Numbered from the stretch's first letter, positions 1 through 10,127 are shown. The stretch is DNA of 64,000 nucleotides from an uncultured Thermoleophilia bacterium (GCA_963775255.1 CAVZIA010000012.1:15919-79918); one strand, 5' to 3'. Made by a program: numbers and translations. Notes: generated by a model from the letters alone, not told the origin.

Positions 1-987
1 CAGGCGAAGGCGGCCGCGGCCGGAGTCACCCCTGCAACGCTCGGCCAGTACGTGACGCTCATCCTGAACGGCTACCCGCTCGGCGTTGTGCCGACCACGA
101 CCGGCGTCCTGCCGGCACAGATCATGGTCGGGCAGATCGCTGTGCCGCCACTGCCGGGGGCGGTGAGCAAGATGCTCTCGGTGATCCCGGTGCCGGGCTC
201 GGAGGGCATGGTCCCGCTGAGCTCGATCGCGAAGGTCGTGGAGGTCAAGGCGCCGGTGCAGGTGACGCACGTGGACGGGGCTCGGACCGCCAGCATCACG
301 GCGACCTCCGTCGACAACAACATCGGCGCCTCGTCGAGTGCCGTCACCAAAGCACTCGACGGCGTGCAGTTGCCGCAAGGGGCGACCTGGGAGCTCGGCG
401 GCGCCACCCAGATGACCAACGACGTCTTCCGCTCGCTGGGCATCGCCATGCTCGTCGCCATCCTGCTCGTCTACATCATCATGGTGGCGACGTTCCGCAG
501 CCTGCTGAACCCGCTCATCTTGCTGGTCAGCATCCCGTTCGCGGCGGTCGGCGCGATCCTCGCGCTGGTCATCACCGGCACGAGCCTCGGCATGCCGAGC
601 CTCATCGGCCTGCTCATGCTCATCGGCATCGTGGTGACCAACGCGATCGTGCTGCTCGACCTCGTCGAGCAGTTCCGGCGCAAGGGCATGGACGCCCGCA
701 CCGCCGTCATCGAGGGCGGGCGCCGCAGACTGCGGCCGATCCTCATGACGGCCATCGCCACGATCCTGGCGCTGATCCCGATGGCGCTCGGCATCGGCGG
801 CAAGGGCGGGTTCCTCTCCACACCGCTCGCCGTGGTGGTGATCGGCGGCCTGTTCACCTCGACCTTCCTGACGCTGATCCTGGTCCCGGTGCTGTACCTC
901 TCCTTCGACCGCCTGCGGCCGAAAGGCGCCTACGAACCGGATGAGGGGGACTTCGCGGCCGCTACGGAGCCCGCGCCGGCGAGCTGA
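1..987 (+). CDS. RND efflux transporter permease (AcrB/AcrD/AcrF family), C-terminal part; truncated by the window start
   Basis: Motifs GIVVTNAIVLLD and RLRPILMT, plus several TM helices ending GGLFTSTFLTL. Confidence 0.9.
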   Translation, partial: QAKAAAAGVTPATLGQYVTLILNGYPLGVVPTTTGVLPAQIMVGQIAVPPLPGAVSKMLSVIPVPGSEGMVPLSSIAKVVEVKAPVQVTHVDGARTASITATSVDNNIGASSSAVTKALDGVQLPQGATWELGGATQMTNDVFRSLGIAMLVAILLVYIIMVATFRSLLNPLILLVSIPFAAVGAILALVITGTSLGMPSLIGLLMLIGIVVTNAIVLLDLVEQFRRKGMDARTAVIEGGRRRLRPILMTAIATILALIPMALGIGGKGGFLSTPLAVVVIGGLFTSTFLTLILVPVLYLSFDRLRPKGAYEPDEGDFAAATEPAPAS

Positions 988-1103
988 CGCGCGGCACGGC
1001 GGCGCGACCGCGCGTCACGCCGCCGTTGCCCTGCGATACGCTTGGGCGCGGTCGCGCGTATGATCGGCGCGGCCGCCGTACCCGTCTCACGAGAGGAGAG
1101 CCC

Positions 1104-1619
1104 GTGGCCAAACCAGCCCCGAAGAAGACCGCGAGCGCCGCGAAAGCCAGGTCCACGAAGACGCTCACCGCCGCCGACCTCGAACGCCGGACGGCGCGCA
1201 AGGTCACCCGCGATCAGCTCGTCGACCTGCTGAACGACGACCTCGCCAAGGAGTTCCAGGCGCTGGTGCAGTACGTGCAGCACGCCGCCGCCATGACCGG
1301 CCCGCAGTACGACGCCATCAAGGCGGAGCTCGTCGTGCACTCGAACGAGGAGCACGCCCACGCCATCTCGCTGGCCGACCAGATCGACTTCATGGGCGGC
1401 GTGCCCGGCGTGGACGTCGCCGAGGCGCACATCTCGCCCGACTCCAAGGTGATGCTGGAGCAGGACCTCGAGGGCGAGCTCGACGCCATCGCCCGCTACC
1501 GCGAGCGCATAGCCCAGGCCGAGATGCTGCAGGAGTACGGCCTGCGCCGCGCGCTCGAAGACATCCTGATCACGGAAGAGGAGCACGCGCGGGACCTGCA
1601 GGACGCGCTCGACCTCTGA
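1104..1619 (+). CDS. Bacterioferritin/ferritin-like diiron protein with a basic N-terminal tail
   Basis: GTG at 1104 after GAGGAG; ferroxidase-type motifs E-x6-Y, EEHAHA, ELDAIARY and EEEHA. Confidence 0.85.
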   Translation: MAKPAPKKTASAAKARSTKTLTAADLERRTARKVTRDQLVDLLNDDLAKEFQALVQYVQHAAAMTGPQYDAIKAELVVHSNEEHAHAISLADQIDFMGGVPGVDVAEAHISPDSKVMLEQDLEGELDAIARYRERIAQAEMLQEYGLRRALEDILITEEEHARDLQDALDL

Positions 1620-1675
1620 GAAGCCGGGTCTCGCGCATACCCGGCGACCGGCGGCGGAGGCCCGGGCGACAGGCG

Positions 1676-2935
1676 CTACGCGCTCGCCCGGGCCTCCGCC
1701 GTTCTCGACTGGTGCCGGCGGCGCCAGGGCGCGGCCAGCGTGAAGAACAGCGCCGCGCCGATCAGCCCCACCGCCAGCAGCACCACGAAGGCCTGGCGCG
1801 CGCCGATGTTGTCCATGGCCCACCCACCGAACGCCGGACCCAGCGCGGCCCCTCCGTTCCAGACCACCGTCCAGACGCCCATGTAGCGTCCGCGGACGGC
1901 CTCGGGGGCCAGGTCGGCGACCTCGGCCGAGGCGATCGGTGACAGCAGCGTCTCCCCTACGCTCATCACCGTGATGAGGAACACCAGCGACCACAGCGGT
2001 CCGGCGAAGGCGGATCCTCCGATACCCACCGCCAGCAGCGCGCTGGAGATGGCCAGCAGGGCCATGCGGTTGCGGCGCCTCAGCGCGCTCACCAGCGGGT
2101 ACTGCACCAGCGCCACGATTCCCGCGTTGAGCGCCAGCAGGAATCCCCACTCGCGGTACGGCAGGCCGATGTAGTCGGTCACGTAGACCGCGTAGATCGA
2201 GCCGAAGTTGCCGATGCAGAAGACCGGCAGGATCGCGACCGCGCAGAAGATGAGGAAGACACGGTCGTGCAGCACGATGCGGTACCCGCTGCGACCGTGG
2301 CGGTCGGTGTGGCGCACCTTCAGGAGCGCGCTCTCCGGCCGGCTCTCCCGGATCCAGACGGCCATGATGACCACCATGAACACGCAGCCGGCGGCAGCCG
2401 AGAGGAACAACTCGCGGAACGTGGCCCCATAGCCCAACGCGACACCGGCGACGGCGGGGCCGATGACCACTCCGAGATTCATGGCCACGCGCGTGACGCC
2501 GAATCCCTCCTGCCGCCGCTCCGGTGGCAGGACGTCGGCGATCATCGCGTTGCTGGCTGTCTGGAACAGCGGCCACCCCAGCGCACTCTCGAAGGCGACG
2601 AGCGCGGCGACCTGCCAGAGCTGGGTGATGAAGGCGAAGCCCACGAACCAGACCACGCCCACCAGCACCGACAGCATGATCACCATCCGGCGCCCGAGCC
2701 GGTCGGTGAGCGCTCCGCCCCAGAACTGCACAGGCATCACGGCGAGCGGGACGAGCCCGAACACCACGCCGATCATGGACATGGAGGTCCCGAGTTGCGT
2801 GCGCAGGTAGATGGCCTCGTAGGGGAAAGCCAGGGCGGCGGCTCCTACGTAGATGAAGATGCCGATGGTGAGCACCCAGAACTGCCGCGGGAAGGCGGCG
2901 AGGCGGCGCAGGGAGGTGCTCACGCGCGAGGTCAT
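1676..2935 (-). CDS. MFS transporter
   Basis: About 12 TM segments; motif A GALTDRLGRR; second-half motif APEAVRGRY. Confidence 0.9.
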   Translation of the reverse strand: MTSRVSTSLRRLAAFPRQFWVLTIGIFIYVGAAALAFPYEAIYLRTQLGTSMSMIGVVFGLVPLAVMPVQFWGGALTDRLGRRMVIMLSVLVGVVWFVGFAFITQLWQVAALVAFESALGWPLFQTASNAMIADVLPPERRQEGFGVTRVAMNLGVVIGPAVAGVALGYGATFRELFLSAAAGCVFMVVIMAVWIRESRPESALLKVRHTDRHGRSGYRIVLHDRVFLIFCAVAILPVFCIGNFGSIYAVYVTDYIGLPYREWGFLLALNAGIVALVQYPLVSALRRRNRMALLAISSALLAVGIGGSAFAGPLWSLVFLITVMSVGETLLSPIASAEVADLAPEAVRGRYMGVWTVVWNGGAALGPAFGGWAMDNIGARQAFVVLLAVGLIGAALFFTLAAPWRRRHQSRTAEARASA

Positions 2936-3084
2936 CTGCCCATGCTAACGGAGCGGGAATGGACGCGAGGCGCCGGGGACCGTCGCGAGCGGCCCGCGAA
3001 CCTCGCAGCCGCGGCCGAGAATCCTGACGTCGCGGCCCGCCCTGCGCTCGTGGATCTGCAGGGCCACTGTTTCGAACCTCCGCG

Positions 3085-3113
3085 TTGACTTGGCCCTGCG
3101 GCGCAGCTAGGTT
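3085..3113 (+). promoter_or_regulatory. Sigma70-type promoter of a leaderless gene
   Basis: TTGACT-N17-TAGGTT, then 6 nt to the ATG at 3120; no Shine-Dalgarno. Confidence 0.65.
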
Positions 3114-3119
3114 CGTCGT

Positions 3120-4193
3120 ATGTATCTGAGTGTCCAACAGGCGGCAAACCGGCTCGGCGTGTCGCCGGTCACCATCCGCCGCTGGACCGCCACCGGCTTC
3201 CTCCCCTGCACGCGCACGGCCGGGGGGCACCGGCGCATCGACGAGCACGACATCGACGACCTCGCCAAGGCGATCGGAGGCAGCAACCACCTGGCCGCCC
3301 AGCTCGCGCGGGAGCGCGAGGTCGACGTGCTGGTCAACACGGCCTCGGCGCTGGCCGTCAAACTCGACCTCACCGAGCTGCTGCTCGAGATCGCCATGCG
3401 CATGACCAGCCTCCTCGACTGCCACTTCTGCGCCGTCTCCGAGTACGACCCCGAGGACGAAGCGGTGCGCACGCTGGCCGAGTACGACCACGCCGGCCGG
3501 CGCCTGCCGGACGCGAGCCCGTACCGCTTGCGCGACTTTCCGCTCACCCGCCGGGTGCTCACTGAGCAGATCACGGCGGTCGTCAATGTGGACGACCCGC
3601 ACGCGGACCCCGCCGAGGTCGCCGAGCTGCGCCGGGAGGGCGACCGCAGCCTGCTCATGGTGCCGCTGATCGTCAAGGGGCGCACTCTGGGTTTGCTCGA
3701 GGTGGTCGACCAGACACGCTCGCGCGAGTACTCGCGCCAGCAACTGCGTCTCGCGAGCGCCATCGCCGGGCAGGCGGCCGTCGCCATCCAGAACGCCAAG
3801 CTCTTCGCCGAACGCCGCCGCAGCGACGAGGACATCACCCGCTTGCGCGAGGCGCTGACGACCGTCACCGCCGCAGTGCCGCACATCGGCGAGGGCGGTC
3901 GCCGCAGCGACGCTCTCTCGGCGGTCGCCGCAGCCGTCTGCGAAGCGCTGGGCGCCATCTCCTGTGTCGCCAGCCTGGGCGGCGAAAGCGCCGGCGCGTT
4001 CGGCGCCGGCCAGGCCGCCGCCCCGTCGGGCGAGCGGAACCGCGGCGGCGCCGCCAACCTCCTCGTCGCACGCGACCCGTCCGGCGCCACCGACCTCACC
4101 CTTGCCGTGACGCTGCCGCACCCGCCGGGCGACGGCCAGGTCGAACTCCTCGACCTCGTCGCCGCCGTGACTGCGGCCGTCGCCAAGCGCTGA
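3120..4193 (+). CDS. MerR/excisionase-type HTH plus GAF domain regulator (paralog 1)
   Basis: N-terminal YLSVQQAANRLGVSPVTIRRW...RTAGGHRR; GAF signature SLLMVPLIVKGRTLGLLEV...AAVAIQNAKLF. Confidence 0.85.
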   Translation: MYLSVQQAANRLGVSPVTIRRWTATGFLPCTRTAGGHRRIDEHDIDDLAKAIGGSNHLAAQLAREREVDVLVNTASALAVKLDLTELLLEIAMRMTSLLDCHFCAVSEYDPEDEAVRTLAEYDHAGRRLPDASPYRLRDFPLTRRVLTEQITAVVNVDDPHADPAEVAELRREGDRSLLMVPLIVKGRTLGLLEVVDQTRSREYSRQQLRLASAIAGQAAVAIQNAKLFAERRRSDEDITRLREALTTVTAAVPHIGEGGRRSDALSAVAAAVCEALGAISCVASLGGESAGAFGAGQAAAPSGERNRGGAANLLVARDPSGATDLTLAVTLPHPPGDGQVELLDLVAAVTAAVAKR

Positions 4194-4349
4194 GCGCTCG
4201 GTTCCTCCACCCCATCCGGCCGTTCTGGCCGCAAAACCGTCACGCACCGTCGTCGTAAGACACTTGAAAACAAGCGCTTTTGCTGGTCGTTTGCTCCCCG
4301 CTTCCGCTCCACGAACTTGCCACGAGGTCTTGCGCAGAAGTTCGCGCGG

Positions 4350-4378
4350 TTGACGGTGAAGCACGGCGTCGCTACGGT
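4350..4378 (+). promoter_or_regulatory. Sigma70-type promoter of a leaderless gene
   Basis: TTGACG-N17-TACGGT, then 6 nt to the ATG at 4385; same geometry as paralog 1. Confidence 0.65.
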
Positions 4379-4384
4379 TTGCAC

Positions 4385-5461
4385 ATGTATCTGAGCGTCC
4401 AACTCGCCGCACGTCGCCTCGGCGTCTCGCCCCACACCATCCGCCGCTGGACGGCCTCGGGCTTCCTGCCCTGCACGCGCACCGCCGGCGGGCACCGGCG
4501 CATCAAGCAGGAGGACATCGACGAGCTCTCGCACCTGATCGGAGGCCGCAACCACCTCGCCGCTCGGCTGGCTCGCGAGCGCGAGCTCGAGACCCTGGTC
4601 GCCACGGCCATCGCCGTCTCCAGCCAGCTCGACGCCACGGCGCTCCTGCGCGAGATAGCCAAGCAGATGACCACGCTGATGGACGCGCACCTCTGCGTCA
4701 TCTCCGACTACGACCGGGCCACCCGAACCGTCTCCGTTCGCGCCGAGTACGACGACCGCGGCAACCGCCAGCCCGACACGATGAAGTACACGCTCAGCCA
4801 GTTCCCCATGGCCCGCCGCGCGATCGAGGAGCACGAGAGCGTCACCGTCAACGTGAGCGACCCGCACGCCGACGCGGCCGAGGTCTCGATCATGCGCCGC
4901 GACGGCGACAAGTGCCTGCTCATCCTGCCGATGATCCACCAGGGCGAGAGCATCGGCCTCATCGAGGTGCTCGACCACCAACGCGAGCGCAAGTTCAGCC
5001 GCCAGGAGATGCGTCTGGCCAACGCCGTCGCCGCCCAGGCGGCGGTGGCCCTGCACAACGCCACCGTGTTCGCGCAGCTCAAGCGCAGCGACCAGGAGAC
5101 CCTCACGCTGCGCCACGCCATCGACACCATCGCCGGCGGGTACGAGGCGCTGCACGCACAGCACGAGCGCGCCGAAGTGCTGCGAGCTGCCGCCAACGTG
5201 GCGGCGCGGGCCCTGGGCGCCATCTCCTGCGTCGCCAGCTGCGGCGGCGACAGCGCCGGCGCATCGGGCCTGTCCGCCTACGACCAGCCGCTGCCGCAGA
5301 GCGGCAGCGCGCACGTGATCGTCTCGTCGGCGCCATGCGGCGATGACCTCGTCACGCTCACTCTCACGCTAGGCGGCGAGGCCGGCGAGGGCCAGACGGA
5401 GCTCCTCACGCTCGTAGCCACCATGGCCGCCGGCGCCATCCGGTCCGGCCGCCCCGCCTGA
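4385..5461 (+). CDS. MerR/excisionase-type HTH plus GAF domain regulator (paralog 2)
   Basis: Begins MYLSVQ like paralog 1; shares GFLPCTRTAGGHRR and ALGAISCVAS. Confidence 0.85.
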   Translation: MYLSVQLAARRLGVSPHTIRRWTASGFLPCTRTAGGHRRIKQEDIDELSHLIGGRNHLAARLARERELETLVATAIAVSSQLDATALLREIAKQMTTLMDAHLCVISDYDRATRTVSVRAEYDDRGNRQPDTMKYTLSQFPMARRAIEEHESVTVNVSDPHADAAEVSIMRRDGDKCLLILPMIHQGESIGLIEVLDHQRERKFSRQEMRLANAVAAQAAVALHNATVFAQLKRSDQETLTLRHAIDTIAGGYEALHAQHERAEVLRAAANVAARALGAISCVASCGGDSAGASGLSAYDQPLPQSGSAHVIVSSAPCGDDLVTLTLTLGGEAGEGQTELLTLVATMAAGAIRSGRPA

Positions 5462-5523
5462 CGTCACCCGCGGGACTCTTCCCCGCCGCGGGGCTCCGCC
5501 CGCCGCTCTGCTATTCTCGCGCC

Positions 5524-8379
5524 ATGCCCGCGCGCCCTCACTTCGTGGTCGTCGACACCGAGACGACCGGTCTCGACCCGCTGACCGACCACATCATCGA
5601 CGTCGGCGCCGTGCGCCTGGACCAGGATCTCGCCGTCGTCGACCGGTTCACTACGCTCGTCGACCCCGGCGTACCGATACCGTTGTTCGTCTCGCGGCTC
5701 ACCGGCATCAGCGATGCGGACCTCGCCGGCGCCGCGTCCATCGGCGAGGCCCTCGCAAGCCTTGCGGAGTTCGCCGGCGACGCGCTGCTCGTCGGCCACA
5801 ACGCGCGGTTCGACCGCGAGATGCTGGCGGTGGCCGCGCGACGCGCCGGCACGCGTCCGCTCGACGCCGCCTGGTTCGACACCCTGGAGGCGGCGCTGCT
5901 GCTGTTCCCCGAGCTCGACCGCCATGCGCTGCCGGTGCTCGTCGAAGAGTTCGGCCTGGACCGTCCGGCGCACCGCGCCCTACCGGACGCCGAGGCCACG
6001 GCCGAGGTGCTGGAGCGTCTGGCGCGCCGTGCCGCCGGCCTCGCGGACGTTGAGCGGAGCCTGCTGACGAGCATCAACTGGCCGCCGCTGGCCGTGCTCG
6101 ACGCCTGCCGGGCCCCCGCCGACGAGGCGCCGCCGCCGCTGGTGGCCGACGAGCCGCCGGAGGGTCCCGGCCCTCTCGCGGTGCTGCCGGTCGCCTCGGA
6201 CGCCTGGCGCGCGGAGCTGGACGGCGACGAGATGGACGAGCCGCGAATGGCCGGCCGGCTGGCCGGCTTTCGCCGGCGTCCCGGCCAGGTGGCGTACGCG
6301 GAGGCCGCCGCCCACGTGTTCAAGCGCGGCGGCATAGGCGTGTTCGAGGCCGGCACCGGCATGGGCAAGAGTCTCGGCTACCTGCTGCCGGCGGCGTTCG
6401 CCGGTGCGGCCGCCGGCCGCCGCGTGCTGGTCAGCACCAAGACCAAGGCGCTACAGCGGCAGCTGGCTCGCGCCGAGCTGCCGCTCGTCGCCGAGACCCT
6501 GCCCCCGGGCTGGCGCTGGGCGCTCCTCATGGGCCGCGAGAACTACCTGTGCCGGCGGCGACTCGACGAGGCGGTGGCGAACGAGGCCGAGACCCTGCCC
6601 GCTGCGGACCGCGCACTCGCGCTCGCCTATCTCGTGGGGCGAGCACGCCGCGGTGATGTCGACCTCTCCGCTCTCCCCTACCGCGCCTCCCTGGTCCTGA
6701 CGGCTCTGCCGGACCTGGCGCGCGAGCTCAGATCGTCCCGCGCCACCTGCCTGGGGCGCTACTGTCCGGCGCGTCGCGGCTGCCACTGGCGCCTGGCGCG
6801 CAGCCGCGCCGAGGCCGCGCACCTCGTGTGCGTGAACCACGCGCTCCTCCTCTCGGGCAGGGAGACGCTACCGGCGTTCGAGGACGTCGTCATCGACGAG
6901 GCTCACCTGCTGTACCACGAGGCCACGGAAGCGTTCAGCGACCGCGTGGACGCGCAGGGCGTGGAACAACTGCTCGGAGACCTGCGCGGGCGGCACCGGC
7001 AGCGCCCGCTGCCGCAGCGCCTGCGGGCCGCGGCTCACAAGCTGCCGCCCGACGAGGGCCGCGCGCTGGTCGCGGCCGCGGACGCCTGCGAGCGCGCGGC
7101 CGAAGAGGCGCCGGCGCTCAGCCGCGCGGTCGGGGAGTCGGTCGCGGGGCTCGCCGCGGCGGCGTCCCGCGCCGGCCAGGACGGCGACGAGGGCTACCAG
7201 AGCGGAGGCCGGCGGACCGACGAGTACACCACCACCGTGTGGCTCACGGCCGGGCTGCGCGACCTGCCTGAGCACGACCGGTTCCTCGTCGACGCCGGTC
7301 TGCTCGCCGAGTGCCTGGGCCGTCTGTCCATGGCCGCGGCGGGCGGCGCCGAGGTCCTGCCCGACGGCCACCGCGAGCACGCCGCATTGACCGCGCTCTC
7401 CGACGATGCCGCCGCCGCGGCGGAGTTGCTCGGCGACGTGCCCGACGGCGGCGCTCCGGAGACGGTGGCCTGGGCCGAGCTGGAGAGCGCGGCGCGCGGC
7501 GCCTCCGGCGCGGCGCGCTGGGCGCTCACCCGCTCGCCGGTCACGCCGGCCGGCGGCATCCGCGAGATCCTCTGGGACCGCCTGCGCAGCGCCGTGCTCA
7601 CCAGCGCCACGCTCACCGTGGCCGGTTCGTTCGCCTACTTCCGTGAGATGACCGGGCTCACCGGCGACGTGGAAGCCCGCGAGGCGGTGTTCCCGTCGCC
7701 GTTCGACTACCGCCGCCAGGCGGTGCTCGTGCTCGAGCACGACCCCTGCGGCGCCTGGCGACCCGACGATCTCGCCGCCCGCCAGGGCGAGCGCCTCAAG
7801 CACATCGCCGACGTCACCGGCGGCCGCACGCTCGCTCTCTTCACCAACAAGCGCGACATGCTCCGCGTGGCTGCGGTCGTGGGCGAGCACGTGGAGGACG
7901 ACGGCGTGCTCGTGCTCGCTCAGGGCATGCACGGCAGCGCAGCCACTCTGGCCGAGGAGTTCCGTCTGCACCCGGAGACGATCCTGCTCGGCGTGGACAC
8001 CCTGTGGACGGGCCAGGACTTCCCCGGAGACTCGCTCACCTGTCTGGTGATCGCCAAGCTGCCGTTCCCGCGGCTGGACCCGCTGTTCCGCGCCCGCCGC
8101 AGGGCCTGCGAGGAGGCGGGCGAGCGCTGGTTCGAGCGTTTCTACCTCCCGGAGGCCGTGCTCAAGTTCCGGCAGGGCTTCGGCCGGCTCATCCGCACGG
8201 AGACAGACACCGGCGTGATCGTCGTGCTGGACCACCGGTTGACGCAGAAGGCCTACCGCAAGGACTTCCTCGCGAGCCTGCCGGAGATGGAAGTCGTGGA
8301 GGCCGCTCCGGCCGAGCTCGCCGCGGCGGTGCGGTACCACTTGCGGCGGCTCACCGCAGAGGCCCCGGCGCCCATCTGA
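5524..8379 (+). CDS. dinG: DEDDh 3'-5' exonuclease fused to a DinG-family helicase
   Basis: VVDTETTG, GHNARFD, HRALPDA; Walker A EAGTGMGKS, DEAH, QGFGRLIR; Fe-S cluster cysteines. Confidence 0.88.
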   Translation: MPARPHFVVVDTETTGLDPLTDHIIDVGAVRLDQDLAVVDRFTTLVDPGVPIPLFVSRLTGISDADLAGAASIGEALASLAEFAGDALLVGHNARFDREMLAVAARRAGTRPLDAAWFDTLEAALLLFPELDRHALPVLVEEFGLDRPAHRALPDAEATAEVLERLARRAAGLADVERSLLTSINWPPLAVLDACRAPADEAPPPLVADEPPEGPGPLAVLPVASDAWRAELDGDEMDEPRMAGRLAGFRRRPGQVAYAEAAAHVFKRGGIGVFEAGTGMGKSLGYLLPAAFAGAAAGRRVLVSTKTKALQRQLARAELPLVAETLPPGWRWALLMGRENYLCRRRLDEAVANEAETLPAADRALALAYLVGRARRGDVDLSALPYRASLVLTALPDLARELRSSRATCLGRYCPARRGCHWRLARSRAEAAHLVCVNHALLLSGRETLPAFEDVVIDEAHLLYHEATEAFSDRVDAQGVEQLLGDLRGRHRQRPLPQRLRAAAHKLPPDEGRALVAAADACERAAEEAPALSRAVGESVAGLAAAASRAGQDGDEGYQSGGRRTDEYTTTVWLTAGLRDLPEHDRFLVDAGLLAECLGRLSMAAAGGAEVLPDGHREHAALTALSDDAAAAAELLGDVPDGGAPETVAWAELESAARGASGAARWALTRSPVTPAGGIREILWDRLRSAVLTSATLTVAGSFAYFREMTGLTGDVEAREAVFPSPFDYRRQAVLVLEHDPCGAWRPDDLAARQGERLKHIADVTGGRTLALFTNKRDMLRVAAVVGEHVEDDGVLVLAQGMHGSAATLAEEFRLHPETILLGVDTLWTGQDFPGDSLTCLVIAKLPFPRLDPLFRARRRACEEAGERWFERFYLPEAVLKFRQGFGRLIRTETDTGVIVVLDHRLTQKAYRKDFLASLPEMEVVEAAPAELAAAVRYHLRRLTAEAPAPI

Positions 8380-8395
8380 GCCCGTCGAGCCCCTG

Positions 8396-8788
8396 CTACT
8401 TCAGCATCCTGCCGCTGCCCCTCGCCTCGCGCGCTCCGACGCGCTTGACCAGCCGGGCCTTGGTCCTGGCGCCGCAACTGGGACAGGTGAGGGTCTTGTA
8501 GCTGTAGTAGGTGCCGTCGGGGTTCTTGCCCACACTGGAGGTGGTGAAGAAGTTGACGGCGGTGGGCACCTGGAACGGCTTGTGGCACTTGGCGCACACG
8601 TAGCCGCGGTCGCGCGAGACGAGGGCGAGATACATCCAGAGGCTCGCGATGACCAGGACGATCGTCCACGCGACGCCGCGGTGCGGCAGCACGTAGCCGA
8701 GGGTGAACAGGAGCATGCCGATGAAGATGGCGAGCTTCCAGAGCGTGCCGAACCAGTCGCGCTCCGAGCGTTCGACGAAACGAGCCAC
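8396..8788 (-). CDS. Hypothetical membrane protein with a zinc ribbon
   Basis: Two TM helices followed by CAKC...CPSC; start codon uncertain. Confidence 0.65.
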   Translation of the reverse strand: MARFVERSERDWFGTLWKLAIFIGMLLFTLGYVLPHRGVAWTIVLVIASLWMYLALVSRDRGYVCAKCHKPFQVPTAVNFFTTSSVGKNPDGTYYSYKTLTCPSCGARTKARLVKRVGAREARGSGRMLK

Positions 8789-8831
8789 GGACTCTCTTCT
8801 CAAACGGCCGGCGACGAACGCCGGCGGACTC

Positions 8832-8948
8832 TCAGCCCCCGACCGGTCCGGCCAGGTAGCTGACCAGCGTGAAGATGCCGAAGAGGACCGCGGCGACGAC
8901 GACCATGAAGAGAAGAGTCTGGAAGAACCCTTTGAAGACCCCGCTCAT
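8832..8948 (-). CDS. Small 38-aa membrane protein
   Basis: GGAG RBS; MSGVFKGFFQTLLFMVVVAAVLFGIFTLVSYLAGPVGG; too short for the supplied ORF track. Confidence 0.5.
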   Translation of the reverse strand: MSGVFKGFFQTLLFMVVVAAVLFGIFTLVSYLAGPVGG

Positions 8949-9035
8949 TGTCAGCTCCTGCCCTCGGTGAACCGGACCGTCTGAGTATGCCATCCCCGGG
9001 CACGCGGAGAAAGCGCGCCGAAGATGGTCGGCTCC

Positions 9036-9064
9036 TCAAGTCGCGATGGTACTCTGGCCGATAA
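9036..9064 (+). promoter_or_regulatory. Sigma28 (FliA/WhiG)-like promoter
   Basis: TCAA-N17-GCCGATAA upstream of the gene at 9136. Confidence 0.4.
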
Positions 9065-9135
9065 GGTCTCGTGCGGCGCCGCCGCACCGCGCCGCGACCA
9101 CCCGGGACCGTGGCGCACGACAGGGAGGGAACCTC

Positions 9136-9810
9136 ATGGATGTCACGTTCGAGAACGGCCCGGCCTTCACCGTCGCCGTGGCCAAGATGGCCGCAGGCGA
9201 GCAGATCCGTTGCGAAGGCGGCGCGATGCTCAGCATGACCACCGGCATGCAGATCGAGACATCCACCCAGGGCGGCATCCTCAAGGGCCTCAAGCGCTCG
9301 CTGTCCGGCGAGTCGTTCTTCATGAACACGTTCACCGCGCCGGCGGGCGGCGGCGAGATCGTGCTCGCCCACTCCCTGCCCGGCGACATGTCGTACATCG
9401 ACCAGCAGGGCGAGACCTGGCTCTACCACCGCGACGGCTTTGTCGCCTCGGAGATGGGCATCGACCTCGACACCAGCTGGGGCGGCCTCAAGAGCGCGTT
9501 CGGCGCCTCGTCGTTCTTCGTCGTCAAATGCAGCGGACGCGGCAAGGCGATCTTCGCCACCTACGGCGCGCTACGCCGCGTGGACCTGCAGGCCGGCCAG
9601 CAGTACACCGTGGACAGCGGCCACCTGGTGGCCTGGCACGAGGCGATGCCGATCGACGTGCACAAGGTCGGCGGGATGAAGTCGCTCTTCTTCTCCGGCG
9701 AGGGCTTCGTGGTCACGCTCACCGGGCCCGGGACCTTCTTCACGCAGACTCGCAGCGAGCAGGCGTTCATCAACTGGATCGTCCCGTACCTGCCCAAGAG
9801 CGGAAGCTGA
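9136..9810 (+). CDS. TIGR00266/AIM24 family protein
   Basis: GGAGG RBS; GESFFMNTF, VDSGHLVAW, SGEGFV, GPG.FFTQTR. Confidence 0.88.
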   Translation: MDVTFENGPAFTVAVAKMAAGEQIRCEGGAMLSMTTGMQIETSTQGGILKGLKRSLSGESFFMNTFTAPAGGGEIVLAHSLPGDMSYIDQQGETWLYHRDGFVASEMGIDLDTSWGGLKSAFGASSFFVVKCSGRGKAIFATYGALRRVDLQAGQQYTVDSGHLVAWHEAMPIDVHKVGGMKSLFFSGEGFVVTLTGPGTFFTQTRSEQAFINWIVPYLPKSGS

Positions 9811-9962
9811 GCCGGGCGGCGCGGCCGGCGCGGCGGCGGCAGGCGCGGCGCGGCCGGCGCGGCCCCGCCGCGGAGCCCGGGGCTCCTCCCGCCGCGCCAC
9901 CAGTTTGCCGGGCGGCGCGGCGGGTACGACCCGGAGTGACGACGTCGTCAGGGAGGTCACAC

Positions 9963-10127
9963 ATGAGACCGGACGACCTGAGCCACAAGGGCGAGGCCAA
10001 GAAGGGCCAGCACCCGCACGAGCGCTGGCACGACCCTCGAGCAGCCACCCAGGCGCCACGCTCCTGGACCAACAAGTCGATGCACCACCCCGCGACCCGG
10101 ATCGGCGAGATCAAGCACGGGAAGTAG
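9963..10127 (+). CDS. Small His/Lys-rich 54-aa protein
   Basis: GGAGGT RBS 4 nt before the ATG; followed by a GGTTGAC..GTCAACC hairpin. Confidence 0.55.
   Translation: MRPDDLSHKGEAKKGQHPHERWHDPRAATQAPRSWTNKSMHHPATRIGEIKHGK

Noticed and set aside
930-4412. 1160-aa minus-strand ORF
   Set aside because: Shadow ORF of high-GC coding DNA that overlaps well-supported genes and has no recognisable motifs.
3120-5461. Excisionase-like HTHs as evidence of a prophage or ICE
   Set aside because: They are fused to GAF domains, and no integrase or phage genes are present in the window.
9811-9900. Extremely GC-rich GGCGC runs after the TIGR00266 gene
   Set aside because: Low-complexity GC hairpin region similar to other intergenic gaps in this window; no defined repeat unit.
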